Shown here: in pieces, positions 17,030 to 26,429 of the stretch
Layout: every line of letters begins with the position of its first letter
How positions within the stretch are numbered: the stretch's first letter is position 1
Notes under the pieces: model-generated
What the model was told of the DNA's origin: nothing
The model's input: the letters and a program-made list of their open reading frames with translations, nothing else
Databases searched by the model: none
Translations under genes and position numbers: made by a program
Source: Bryobacteraceae bacterium
GTDB taxonomy: Bacteria; Acidobacteriota; Terriglobia; Bryobacterales; Bryobacteraceae
DNA: 64,000 nucleotides
Reading direction: 5' to 3'
Assembly: GCA_035604115.1 (NCBI GenBank)
Contig: DATNJC010000230.1
Span: 1,522 to 65,521 of the forward strand

Positions 17030-17118
17030 GTGGAGTGGGCTTTAGCCTGCAACGGGTGCTTTAGCACCCGGGTCGAGACGGAGCTGAAGCCTCAGTTGCA
17101 GGCTAAAGCCCGCTCCAC
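17030..17118. repeat. Compound REP-like element: 24-bp inverted repeat enclosing smaller hairpins
   Basis: Arms gtggagtgggctttagcctgcaac and gttgcaggctaaagcccgctccac differ at one position. The inner hairpin is gggtgcTTTAgcaccc. Confidence 0.75.
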
Positions 17119-17151
17119 ACCGAGCACAGACAAACACAGAGGGAGGTTCGG

Positions 17152-17916
17152 ATGAAGCGTGGTTTCGCTGTTGGAGTCGCGGTTTTGTGGTCGGCGGCCT
17201 GCGCGCCGGCTGAGACGCCTGTCGAGCACAGCTCCGAGGCGCGGTTTCAATTGGACGTGCATGTTTCGGACGCGGCGCTGAAGGCGTATCTGCCGGAGGG
17301 GTTCACGCCCAATGTCGCTGCGCAGGGCGCTGCTAAAGACGCGAACCTGCGCGTTGTGTTCATCGACCGCGTGACGATCAATGGTCCGGACGGCAAGCCG
17401 GTGGGGAAGGGATCGAACCGGCTGGTGTATCTGGTGGCTCCGGTGAAGGACCCGGGCGGGGCTAATGCGCAATTGGTGATTGGCGGGATCACCGAAGAAC
17501 CAGCGGATGCGCCGGGGCCTTTCGGGGTGTACCTGTTGGCGACGACGCATAAGATGTCACGTTCGACTACAGACAACGGGTCGGGGGCGCTGGTGGACAC
17601 CCAGGATTGGACGCTCGCGGCGGCGGGCGGCGAACATCTGGAGTTGCACCTCAAGTACGAGAAGGGCGTGGCCAACAAGGGCAATGTCGCTGATACTAAG
17701 TTTTATTCCGCGAAGAATCCCGGATTTTTTCAGATTTCGCGTCAGGAACAGGTGCTGGATATTCTAAGGAATGCCACCACCAATCCGCCCGACCGGGTGA
17801 AGGAGTTTTCGTTCAAGGCCGGCGGCGGGAGCTACTCCAAACTCTTCGACGACACCGAGAAGCTGCTGAGCTGGGATAACATTCTTTGGATCAACCGGAC
17901 GGTGCTGCTGCCTTAG
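17152..17916 (+). CDS. Secreted hypothetical protein
   Basis: 254 aa. RBS gggaggttcggATG and signal peptide 'MKRGFAVGVAVLWSAACAPA'. No family recognised. Confidence 0.65.
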   Translation: MKRGFAVGVAVLWSAACAPAETPVEHSSEARFQLDVHVSDAALKAYLPEGFTPNVAAQGAAKDANLRVVFIDRVTINGPDGKPVGKGSNRLVYLVAPVKDPGGANAQLVIGGITEEPADAPGPFGVYLLATTHKMSRSTTDNGSGALVDTQDWTLAAAGGEHLELHLKYEKGVANKGNVADTKFYSAKNPGFFQISRQEQVLDILRNATTNPPDRVKEFSFKAGGGSYSKLFDDTEKLLSWDNILWINRTVLLP

Positions 17917-17921
17917 GCCGT

Positions 17922-17941
17922 CGCCGACCTGGAGGTCGGCG
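17922..17941. terminator. GC-rich hairpin between convergent genes (possible bidirectional terminator)
   Basis: Perfect 8-bp stem cgccgaccTGGAggtcggcg lying between the stop codons at 17916 and 17942. The T-tract is weak. Confidence 0.4.
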
Positions 17942-18328
17942 CTACTTTAGCTCGACTCGCACTACGTACTGGTTGGTCGTGCCGGCGTTGCGGGCTTCGT
18001 GGATGAACGTTTCGTTCCAGTTGATCTCGCCGAAATGGCGGTTGGAATGGATGATCTGGCCGCTGGGGTACAGCTTCTGCTCCATCTGGTAGTCGGCCAG
18101 CGCAATCGTCAGGCCGTGCATGTGGCGGTGCTTGCGGACGACGCGGCCGGGCGGCATTCGCTCCTCGGTCACGCGGACCAGCGCGTTCTCGAACACCACC
18201 TTCTGGACGTCCGGCGCGATTTTCACCGGGTCCAGCTCTTCCTCTTGCGCGCTCGCCCGCTGCCATGCCGCGAAACTCGCCAGGATCACGGCCAGCCCGA
18301 TCGTCCACAGCTTCCAGCAACGTTTCAT
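17942..18328 (-). CDS. Small secreted cupin-like protein
   Basis: 128 aa with a signal peptide. 'VVFENALVRVTEERMPPGRVVRKHRH' resembles single-domain cupins. Confidence 0.55.
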   Translation of the reverse strand: MKRCWKLWTIGLAVILASFAAWQRASAQEEELDPVKIAPDVQKVVFENALVRVTEERMPPGRVVRKHRHMHGLTIALADYQMEQKLYPSGQIIHSNRHFGEINWNETFIHEARNAGTTNQYVVRVELK

Positions 18329-18425
18329 TTTGTGATTCCCTTCGTCAGCCGATTTGATTTGACTCGCGCGCCTTCCGCCACGCTATTATAGTGTGTTTGC
18401 TTTCCGTGAACCTTCCTCTGAAACC

Positions 18426-19880
18426 ATGATCGTCAAACTGAATCACCTGCATGGCAAGTCGGCCGGGGCCAGCGCCCAAGTGGTCGTGGACACGATCTAC
18501 ACGCTTTTGGGAGAAGGCCGGCTGGGGCAGGAACAGTTCGCGCGGCTGCAGATCGAGCTGGATTGGATCCAGTACAAGCAGAACTTTCGCGAGGTGGTGA
18601 TCGCCTCGCAAGGGTACACGCCGCGCGGCGAACATCTGCCGGTTCTGGATGTGCTGGTCGACACGCGGCAGGTGGAGCCCGCGACGCTGCGCGCGGACAT
18701 GCTGAAAGCTCTGGCCAGCGCCGCGGTGCCGGTGAGAGCGACGGACCCGGATCGCCTGGTGCTGGAGGAGTTCTGCTCGCTGCGCCACAGCATCGTATGG
18801 GAATTCAACAAGCTCTACTGGAGCCGGTTGAACCATTGGGAGGAAGCTACTGGCAAGGGCTATGAGCAGGCGTTGCCCGGGGGCCAGTCCGCCGGGCATC
18901 ATCCCCAGGCGATCGCGGACAGCGTGGCCGACTTCTGGACACTGCTGCGCGATCTCGAATCCAAGAACCAGTTGCCGGCGGAATTCTTTATTCTGGAGCT
19001 CGGCGTGGGCACGGGCACGCGGTGCGGGATCTTCCTGGACAAGTTCCAGGCGCTGGACCGGCTGCGCGGAACCAGTTACTACCCCAAGCTTCGCATCCTG
19101 CTGGGCGATTACTCGCTGGCCACGCTGGATATGTCCAAGCCGGCCGTGCGCGAGCATGCGGAACTGTGCAGCTTCATGGTGCTGGACGCTCTGAATCCGC
19201 TGAAGACGCTTTCTTTCCTGCGGCACAAGATTCTGCAGGTCCACGCCACCAACGTGTACGACAACCTGCCGGATGAAGAAGTCGTGCGCCGGGATGGGCG
19301 TTTGTATTTCGTCCAGGTGCGTTCCTACATTCCGCGCGCGGAGGCCGAGCGGATCGGCGTGGTGTTCGGGGTTCCGGTGGAAAAGTTGCGCTCCACGATT
19401 CATCGCATTCTGGAAGGCGGGTTCGAGGATCTCGGATCGCTCAAGCAAGGCGTCGCATTTTGGCAGGAAGTGTGGAAAGCGGTCCGGTTGGAGGAGCAGT
19501 TAGTGCTGCTCGAGGATCTTCCGGATTTTCCGTTCCCGGAAGGGCTGGACGCGGCTAAACTCGAAGACATCCTGCAGCACGCGCCCGCGGACATCCGCTT
19601 CCACCTGAGCTCGGGCGCGCTTGAGAGCTTCATGAACACCATGCCGCTGCTGCATCCGCGCGGATATCTGCAGGTGCAGGATATTTTCGTCACCGACCTG
19701 TCGCAATACCGGCTGGGGTTCTACGGACCGGGCAAACTGGAGGGGTCCCTGTTGAACTGGGTCAATGGTGCTTTACTAAAAGAGGTGGCGGAACGCGCCG
19801 GATACGACGTGCACTTTGCGCCGTTCCACTATCTTAAGGGCTCCAAGACATCCGTCCTATATACGACCCGCCGCGAGTAA
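18426..19880 (+). CDS. Class I SAM-dependent methyltransferase-like protein (MidA/DUF185-like)
   Basis: Motif I 'FILELGVGTGT' and the later 'ATNVYDNLPDEEV' recall NDUFAF7/MidA-type enzymes. ATG at 18426; alternative GTG at 18393. Confidence 0.55.
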   Translation: MIVKLNHLHGKSAGASAQVVVDTIYTLLGEGRLGQEQFARLQIELDWIQYKQNFREVVIASQGYTPRGEHLPVLDVLVDTRQVEPATLRADMLKALASAAVPVRATDPDRLVLEEFCSLRHSIVWEFNKLYWSRLNHWEEATGKGYEQALPGGQSAGHHPQAIADSVADFWTLLRDLESKNQLPAEFFILELGVGTGTRCGIFLDKFQALDRLRGTSYYPKLRILLGDYSLATLDMSKPAVREHAELCSFMVLDALNPLKTLSFLRHKILQVHATNVYDNLPDEEVVRRDGRLYFVQVRSYIPRAEAERIGVVFGVPVEKLRSTIHRILEGGFEDLGSLKQGVAFWQEVWKAVRLEEQLVLLEDLPDFPFPEGLDAAKLEDILQHAPADIRFHLSSGALESFMNTMPLLHPRGYLQVQDIFVTDLSQYRLGFYGPGKLEGSLLNWVNGALLKEVAERAGYDVHFAPFHYLKGSKTSVLYTTRRE

Positions 19881-19902
19881 CCCGGAGGCAATCAGAAAGC
19901 AG

Positions 19903-20904
19903 ATGACTCTACCCATTCTTCCCACCACCATCGTCGGCAGCTACGCCATGCCGGGCTGGCTGGAACGGCTCAAGACCGACTATTTCGCGCGGCGCATCAG
20001 CCGTCACGATCTGGAGGAGATTTACGATTCCGCGGTGAAGGCGGCAATCAAGGACGAAGAAACCGCAGGTTTGGACATCATTACCGACGGTGAAGTGCGC
20101 CGCGACAATACGGTGGACTACTTTATTGAACGGTTGCCCGGCGTGCAGATCGACCGCTCGTCCAAGAAGTTCTACTACGATTTCTACGACAGCTCGGTGC
20201 AGGGCAAGATCCCCATGGCTTCCTTGGGTCTGGTGCAGGACTTCCATTTTCTGCGGAGGTTCACTGAGCGCGAATGCAAGATCTGCATCACGGGTCCGCA
20301 TTGCTTGACGAAGCGCATTCGCAACCAGCACTATCCGAGTGAAGAGGCTTTGGCCACCGACATCGCCCGGGTGATGAATATGGAGTTGAAGGCGCTGGCC
20401 AAAGCGGGCGCGCGCTACATTCAGATCGACGAGCCGTATTATTCCGGATTTCCGGAAGACATCCACTGGGCTGTCCGGGTTTTGAACATCCTGGTGGACG
20501 GGGTGGACGCCGACATTGTGGTTCACATCTGTTACGGCAACCGCTACGGCAAGCCTTCGTGGGAGGGCAGCTACCGGTATCTGTTCCCGGCGATTCTGGA
20601 AGCCAAGGTGAAGGGTCTGACGCTCGAGTTCGCGCGCCGCGGCGGCGAGGATTTGGATCTGTTTAAAGAGTTTGACACCAAGTTTATCCTTGGCGTGGGT
20701 GTGGTTGACGTCAAGACGCATGAGGTGGAGACGCCGGAGATGGTGGCTGAGCACATCCGGCGCGCTTTGAAGGTGCTGCCACCGGAGCGCATCTTTACGC
20801 TGCCCGATTGCGGCTGTTTCCATCTGCCGCGGGACGTGGCATTCGCTAAACTACAAGCGTTGGTGGAGGGCACGCGGATTGTGCGAAAGGAGCTTGGGAA
20901 GTAG
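19903..20904 (+). CDS. Cobalamin-independent methionine synthase (MetE C-terminal domain)-like methyltransferase
   Basis: Starts 'MTLPILPTTIVGSYAMPGWL'. 'ITDGEVRR' and 'VHICYGN' are typical of the single-domain MetE/UROD-like family. Confidence 0.8.
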   Translation: MTLPILPTTIVGSYAMPGWLERLKTDYFARRISRHDLEEIYDSAVKAAIKDEETAGLDIITDGEVRRDNTVDYFIERLPGVQIDRSSKKFYYDFYDSSVQGKIPMASLGLVQDFHFLRRFTERECKICITGPHCLTKRIRNQHYPSEEALATDIARVMNMELKALAKAGARYIQIDEPYYSGFPEDIHWAVRVLNILVDGVDADIVVHICYGNRYGKPSWEGSYRYLFPAILEAKVKGLTLEFARRGGEDLDLFKEFDTKFILGVGVVDVKTHEVETPEMVAEHIRRALKVLPPERIFTLPDCGCFHLPRDVAFAKLQALVEGTRIVRKELGK

Positions 20905-20921
20905 GGCTTTGGGAAAGTAGG

Positions 20922-20957
20922 GCCGGCTGAATGCCGGCTGCAGGCACGATTGCCTGC
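20922..20957. repeat. REP-like hairpin pair (gccggcTGAATgccggc, gcaggcaCGATtgcctgc)
   Basis: Perfect stems in the intergenic region upstream of the ATG at 21000. Confidence 0.65.
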
Positions 20958-20999
20958 CCCACAACAGGCAGGGTTGCTTGCACTACAGAGAGATCCATC

Positions 21000-22529
21000 A
21001 TGGCGGCGCCTAATCCAATTCGGGACGCTTTTGCTCGCAAGCAGTTCTGCTACATGGTGGAGCTGGTCGCCAGCCGCCTGACTCGTGAAGCTACGCTGCT
21101 GCAGGTCGCCTCGCAACTGGCGCAGATTCCGGGTGTAGTGGCGGGCGGCATCACCAGCTACGCCGGGGGCGGGTTGGGGCACGATCCCATTCGCGTCGGC
21201 ACGGCGGCACGGGCGCGCGGACTGGTGCCTAACATCCATCTCACCTGCGTGAACCGCGACCGTCTGGATCTTTTGCGGGCGCTCGAGGATCTGTATGCGC
21301 TGGGTATCGAGAACGTTTTCGCGATCACCGGAGATTATCCCAAGGCAACGAATTCTTCCGCGCCTGCCGACTTCTCGATGGATTCGGTGCAGCTGGTGGA
21401 GATGATCAGCGAGCTGCGCGCCGCGGGTATGCCGTTCCACATCTCGGTGGCGGTTTCGCCATTCAAATACACGGAGCCGGATTGCGCCTATCAATACTTG
21501 AAGCTGGAGAAAAAGATCGCCGCGGGCGCGGACTTCGCGATCACCCAGCTCGGTTACGATGTCCGCAAGTTCCGCGAGCTGAAGCGTTACTTGGACGAGC
21601 GCGGCTTGAAGACGCCGGTGATGGGTAACGTCTACGTGCTGGCGGCCAAGCCCGCCGAGAGGATGTCCAAGGGCGAGCCTCCCGGATGCTGGGTATCGAA
21701 GGAGCTGCTCGAAAAGATTCAGGCAGAGACTAAGGCATCGACCGATAAGGGATTGGCTGCGCGCCTGGAACGGGCCGCGCGCACGGTGGCGGTTCTGCGC
21801 GGGATTGGCTACGCCGGAGCTTACCTCGGCGGCGACCATCAGGCCGACCGGGTCCGCTGGATCATCAAGCGGTCCGAAGAACTCGCGCCGAAGTGGGAGG
21901 AGCTGGCCGACGAACTCGCTTACGCGCCCAAGGGCGGGTTCTATTTTTACGATTCGCCCAAGCCCGCGCCTCCCAAACCGGAACTGCTTCCTCGATTCCT
22001 CGATTTCATGGGGCGATTGTTCCCGGTAAAGAAGCAAGGCCGGCTGCACGGCTTGCTGGCCAAGGTGTTTGGTTGGATCGACCGGCGTCCGGCGCTGGCG
22101 CACGGCCTGGAGCGCGTCGAGCTGTTGATGAAGAACAGGACCTTCGGGTGCAAGGCGTGCGGTAATTGCGTGCTCGGCGAGATGGAATACGTTTGTCCGA
22201 TGACGTGTCCCAAGAGCTTGCGCAACGGCCCGTGCGGCGGCACGTCCAACGGCCAGTGTGAGGTGTATCCGGACAAGCCCTGCATCTGGGTAGCGGTGTA
22301 CAATCACGCCAGCGCGGCCGGGCGCGTGGAGGATCTGAAGCTGTTCATTCCGGCGCGCAACCGGTCTCTGCAAGGCACCAGCTCCTTTATCAATCTGTTT
22401 CTCGATCGCGACAGCCGGCCGGGGCGGCCCCAACCGCTCATCCAGATCGGCGGCGTCACTCCAGTGGTTTTAGGAACCATGACCAAAACTTCAGACCCAG
22501 CGGAATTGGCTAAAGCGAGCGGTAAATAA
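21000..22529 (+). CDS. metF: Methylenetetrahydrofolate reductase fused to a Cys-rich MTHFR C-terminal (MetV-like) domain
   Basis: TIM-barrel motifs 'IHLTCVNR', 'FAITGDYP' and 'AITQLGYD'. The C-terminal 'CKACGNCVLGEMEYVCPMTCPKSLRNGPCGG' resembles the MTHFR_C zinc-ribbon domain. Confidence 0.85.
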   Translation: MAAPNPIRDAFARKQFCYMVELVASRLTREATLLQVASQLAQIPGVVAGGITSYAGGGLGHDPIRVGTAARARGLVPNIHLTCVNRDRLDLLRALEDLYALGIENVFAITGDYPKATNSSAPADFSMDSVQLVEMISELRAAGMPFHISVAVSPFKYTEPDCAYQYLKLEKKIAAGADFAITQLGYDVRKFRELKRYLDERGLKTPVMGNVYVLAAKPAERMSKGEPPGCWVSKELLEKIQAETKASTDKGLAARLERAARTVAVLRGIGYAGAYLGGDHQADRVRWIIKRSEELAPKWEELADELAYAPKGGFYFYDSPKPAPPKPELLPRFLDFMGRLFPVKKQGRLHGLLAKVFGWIDRRPALAHGLERVELLMKNRTFGCKACGNCVLGEMEYVCPMTCPKSLRNGPCGGTSNGQCEVYPDKPCIWVAVYNHASAAGRVEDLKLFIPARNRSLQGTSSFINLFLDRDSRPGRPQPLIQIGGVTPVVLGTMTKTSDPAELAKASGK

Positions 22530-22572
22530 TACACTCCCTTTCTAGCCGGTTTAGCTATAAGCTGTACAGGAC

Positions 22573-23673
22573 ATGCCTCCACGGTATCGAGCCGACCAAG
22601 TTGGCAGTTTGTTGCGGCCGCCTGAACTTCTGGAAATGCGCACGGCTTACGCCGCGGGGCGGATTGAGCGCGGCGAGCTCCTGGCGGCGGAAGACACGGC
22701 CATTGCGGATGCGCTTGCTCGGCAGCGGGATATCGGTCTGGACATTCTCGCGGACGGGGAAATGCGGCGGGGATCCTGGCTTACCGACATGGCCGACGCG
22801 GTCGAGGGATTCGTTCCGGATCGCGTGGCGCTGGAGTGGAAGGGACCGGGCGGCGGCGTCGAGGGCAGCACCGCGCAGGTCGCCGGATCGCGTTTGCATA
22901 AGGCCCGGAATCTCACCTCGAGGGAACTCCCGTATCTGATGCAACACGCCGCGGGGCCCTTCAAAATTACGCTGCCGGCGCCTTCGAACTTCATGGTTTC
23001 GAGCTATAAGCCCGGCCTGACCGACAAAGTGTACTCATCGCGCGCCGAATTGAGCGCGGAATTGGGCAAAATCGTCAAAGACGAAGTCGCCTGGCTGGCC
23101 GATCAGGGCGTGGTGTATCTTCAGTTGGACGCGCCTTATTATTCGCATTATCTGGACCCCCAGCATCGCGAGCAGTATCGCGCTCAAGGCCGCGATCCGG
23201 ACCGTGAGTTGGAGCAAGCGATCGCTTGCGATAACCTGGCTCTCAGTCCTCTGCCCCGCGAAGGGATCACTTCGGCCATGCACATCTGCCGCGGTAATAG
23301 CCGCAGCCGCTGGTACGCCGAGGGCGGTTACGAGGCGGTGGCCGAGAGGCTCTTCGGAACGGTGAAGGTGGACCGGTTCCTGCTGGAGTACGACACCGAG
23401 CGGTCTGGAGGGTTTGAGCCGCTGGCCCAGGTTCCGCGGGGGAAGACGGTGGTCCTGGGTTTGATCACCACGAAGACCCCGGAGCTCGAATCGCACGAAC
23501 AACTGCGGCGACGGATTGACGAGGCCTCCCGGTACATTCCTTTGGAGCACCTTGCTATCAGCCCGCAGTGCGGATTTGCTTCGGTGGCGGCGGGGAATCT
23601 GTTAACGCTCGACGAGCAATGGCGTAAGTTGGAACTGGTTGTTTCGGTGGCGCGCGAGATGTGGGGAGGCTGA
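22573..23673 (+). CDS. Second MetE-like (cobalamin-independent methionine synthase II family) protein
   Basis: 366 aa. 'YRADQVGSLLRPPELL', 'LADGEMRR' and 'MHICRGNSRS'. Confidence 0.8.
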   Translation: MPPRYRADQVGSLLRPPELLEMRTAYAAGRIERGELLAAEDTAIADALARQRDIGLDILADGEMRRGSWLTDMADAVEGFVPDRVALEWKGPGGGVEGSTAQVAGSRLHKARNLTSRELPYLMQHAAGPFKITLPAPSNFMVSSYKPGLTDKVYSSRAELSAELGKIVKDEVAWLADQGVVYLQLDAPYYSHYLDPQHREQYRAQGRDPDRELEQAIACDNLALSPLPREGITSAMHICRGNSRSRWYAEGGYEAVAERLFGTVKVDRFLLEYDTERSGGFEPLAQVPRGKTVVLGLITTKTPELESHEQLRRRIDEASRYIPLEHLAISPQCGFASVAAGNLLTLDEQWRKLELVVSVAREMWGG

Positions 23674-23675
23674 AC

Positions 23676-24563
23676 ATGAAACGCTTCTATGGAGCGACGG
23701 TATGGTTGTTGCTGTGGGCGGCGCTGGCTGGCGCTCAAACGCCCGCTTATCAGGATCGCTTCGTCACCGTGAACGGCCTGCGCATCCACTACCTGGACTG
23801 GGGCGGCGACGGCAAACCTCCGTTCCTGATGCTGCACGGCATCGGCCGCGTGGCGCATTCTTTCGACCACATCGCGCCGCGCTTCGCCGGGCGCTACCAC
23901 GTCATCGCCATGGACATGCGCGGGCACGGGGACTCGGGTTGGTCTCCCGAAGGCGCGTATCTGGTCGAGGACTACGTCAAGGATGTCGAAGGCCTGGTGG
24001 AGCAACTCAACTTGCGCGGGCTTACGCTGCTGGGCAATTCCACCGGAGGGCGTGTGGTGCAGGTTTACGCGAGCCTGCACCCGGAGCGCGTTGCCCGCCT
24101 GGTGGTCGAAGACGTGGGACCCGAGCGCACCAACGAAATCGCGTCCGGATTCGCCCGCCGGGTCGAGCAGGAAGATAAGGGCTGGGCGTCGGAAGACGAA
24201 TTGGTCGCGTCGCTGATGCGGGGCGGGGGACGAATTTCCGAGGCGTTACAGCGCAATTATGCGCACTTCGGCAGCAAAAAACGCGACGACGGACGCATTG
24301 TTTGGAAGCGCGATCCAAATCTGGTGAAAGGCTTCGTGCCCACGGAGCTATGGCGGTTCGTCAGGCAGATCAAGTGCCCCACGATTTATGTTCTCGGCGG
24401 GGCCAGCAACATCGTGCCGCCGGAAACGCAACTGGAGTTGCAGCAGACGCTGCCGGCCGTTAAGATCGTCGCCATGCCCGGGCTGGGGCATTATCCGCAC
24501 CTGGAGAGCCCGGACGAGTACCTGAAGATCGTAGACAAGTTCCTCGGCGCTTCGAAGCCGTGA
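23676..24563 (+). CDS. Secreted alpha/beta hydrolase
   Basis: Signal peptide, 'FLMLHGIG' and nucleophile elbow 'GNSTGG'. Confidence 0.8.
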   Translation: MKRFYGATVWLLLWAALAGAQTPAYQDRFVTVNGLRIHYLDWGGDGKPPFLMLHGIGRVAHSFDHIAPRFAGRYHVIAMDMRGHGDSGWSPEGAYLVEDYVKDVEGLVEQLNLRGLTLLGNSTGGRVVQVYASLHPERVARLVVEDVGPERTNEIASGFARRVEQEDKGWASEDELVASLMRGGGRISEALQRNYAHFGSKKRDDGRIVWKRDPNLVKGFVPTELWRFVRQIKCPTIYVLGGASNIVPPETQLELQQTLPAVKIVAMPGLGHYPHLESPDEYLKIVDKFLGASKP

Positions 24564-24590
24564 AAATTGGGTTTCGTTAGGAGCTTGTCC

Positions 24591-25784
24591 TCATTTAATC
24601 GTGGCCGGTCTGCCGAACCGTTTCGCGTCAATCGCGACGTTGGTCTGCACATCGCTGAGCTGAATGGCATCCCGCCCGTCCAGCCACGCGAAGGTCAAAC
24701 GAAACGGCATCTTGATGCCCCCGACGTCCCGATAATCGGCGAAATCCATCTGCGTGGGAACCCGCCCGATCGGCGTCCTGCTGTAACGGACCTCCCGCAA
24801 AAGCAGGCCCGACTCCTGGTCGAAGAATAAGGTCGCCAGAAGCCCTCGAGGGCCGCTTCCCTGGACCACTTGGACTCGTCGATCCTGCATCGGCACGACG
24901 TTCGCCTCCGACGCTGTTTGGCTGGATGGTCCGGGAAGATCGCTGATGGTGGTCGGCAAGCTGACCCGCAAATTGGTGAAGATCTGCTTGATCTGACCGG
25001 GGAAGGCCAGTTGCGCATCCAGCCTGGCTCCGTCCAGCTCAGTTCCGGTTATTTCGTACTCGCCCAGCACGGTAAGGGGAGTCTTGATCCACCCGGCCTG
25101 GCCGTTGTAGGTCCGGATGCTGTCTCCCCGATCCGGAGCATCCTTAAACTCGATCAGCGTGGTATGTTGATCCGGGAATTTCGCGAAGATTTGAACTTGT
25201 CCTCCGCCCCCGAAGCCTCCGAAGCCTACGCTGCTTCCTTTGGCAACATAGCTGGTCACGGCAGCCAGGCGCTGAGCCCCGCCCACGGCCTGAATGTACT
25301 TGTCGAAAATCTGCGCGGCCGAAGGCTGCCCCGGTATCGCGGGCAGAACATCGTCTTGCGCGGTCGGGCCAGGACCATAGATGTCTTCCAGGGCCGGCGT
25401 AGTCGCTGGATGATCGCGGCCGCGATGGCAGGTCCAGCAGGTGACGACCTGCGCTCCCGCGAAGTTGGTGCGATTGATGGTGGTCACCATGTTCACCATC
25501 TTCCTCGCGGTTACTTTGCGGGGAGTGTCGGCCGCCCAATCCACCTTGTCGGTACCGGCATTGGTATGACACTCATTGCAGCAAAAGCCCAGCGCCGCCG
25601 ACATCACGCCCATGGAGCCGATGAAATCGTCCACGCTCATGTCCTTGAGCGCCTGAATGTTCTTAAAGACCTGGTCCGCGTTTGGCCGGGTTTGTGAGTG
25701 CGCCTGAGGGAGCGCGACGCCGCCCAGCCAAATGACCGTCATGATCGAGACCGCCGCCAGCAGTCGTATCGAACGCAGCTTCAT
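24591..25784 (-). CDS. Periplasmic di-heme c-type cytochrome domain protein with a beta-rich C-terminal domain
   Basis: Signal peptide and two CxxCH sites ('CNECH', 'CWTCH'). The context 'FKNIQALKDMSVDDF' recalls the reaction-centre cytochrome c subunit-like domain. Confidence 0.8.
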   Translation of the reverse strand: MKLRSIRLLAAVSIMTVIWLGGVALPQAHSQTRPNADQVFKNIQALKDMSVDDFIGSMGVMSAALGFCCNECHTNAGTDKVDWAADTPRKVTARKMVNMVTTINRTNFAGAQVVTCWTCHRGRDHPATTPALEDIYGPGPTAQDDVLPAIPGQPSAAQIFDKYIQAVGGAQRLAAVTSYVAKGSSVGFGGFGGGGQVQIFAKFPDQHTTLIEFKDAPDRGDSIRTYNGQAGWIKTPLTVLGEYEITGTELDGARLDAQLAFPGQIKQIFTNLRVSLPTTISDLPGPSSQTASEANVVPMQDRRVQVVQGSGPRGLLATLFFDQESGLLLREVRYSRTPIGRVPTQMDFADYRDVGGIKMPFRLTFAWLDGRDAIQLSDVQTNVAIDAKRFGRPATIK

Positions 25785-25952
25785 AAATAATGTCCTTTCC
25801 GGATCTGCTCGCCAGCGCAGTCGGCCAACCGGGCCCAGCGGGGCAGACCTCCAGATCTGCGCGGGGCTATTTAGGCCCAGCTTCGGCTTCGGCCCCGCTG
25901 CGTAGGAATGCAGGACCGCCGCGCCCGTGCGCTCACTCCGTTGGCTGCCGCC

Positions 25953-26366
25953 TTATTTGGCGTCTGCTGGAGGAGCCGACGCGGCATCCGAGGAGCCCAC
26001 GAACAGCTTCCGGCCGTCCTGGAACGTGATATCGCGCCCATTGGCGCGACTGGTTCCATCCTTGGCCTGATAGCCGTCCACCACCACCACGGTGCCGGTT
26101 TCCAGCGAATTCTTCGTCATGCCCCGGCGCAGCAGTGTGTTGGGGCTGCCACCCTCGATCATCCAGTTGGTGACCTTGCCGTCGGCGTCTTTCACATCGA
26201 TGTGAATCCAGGCGTGCGGATTGATCCACTCCACCTTGGTCACGGTGCCCGTGAGTTTCACCGGCTTCTGCGCGTCGAACTCGGCGGCGAAGGCGTGGTG
26301 CGCCCAGGCCGGCACGACCGCCAGCAAAGCTCCGAAACCCGCTACTAGCATCAGTTTGGTTCGCAT
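25953..26366 (-). CDS. DUF6152-like small secreted protein (copy a)
   Basis: RBS gggaggg. 'MRTKLMLVAGFGALLAVVPAWA|HHAFAAEFD'. About 115 aa when mature. Confidence 0.8.
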   Translation of the reverse strand: MRTKLMLVAGFGALLAVVPAWAHHAFAAEFDAQKPVKLTGTVTKVEWINPHAWIHIDVKDADGKVTNWMIEGGSPNTLLRRGMTKNSLETGTVVVVDGYQAKDGTSRANGRDITFQDGRKLFVGSSDAASAPPADAK

Positions 26367-26429
26367 AATAATAATTTCCCTCCCATGCCCCGCAAGGCTA
26401 CTCTTCCCGCAAGCCACTTTTCCCGCAGG

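Noticed and set aside
20571-22433. 620-aa minus-strand ORF
   Set aside because: It lies entirely antisense to the MetE-like and MTHFR genes, which carry clear family motifs. It is Arg/Gly/Pro-rich with no recognisable domain.
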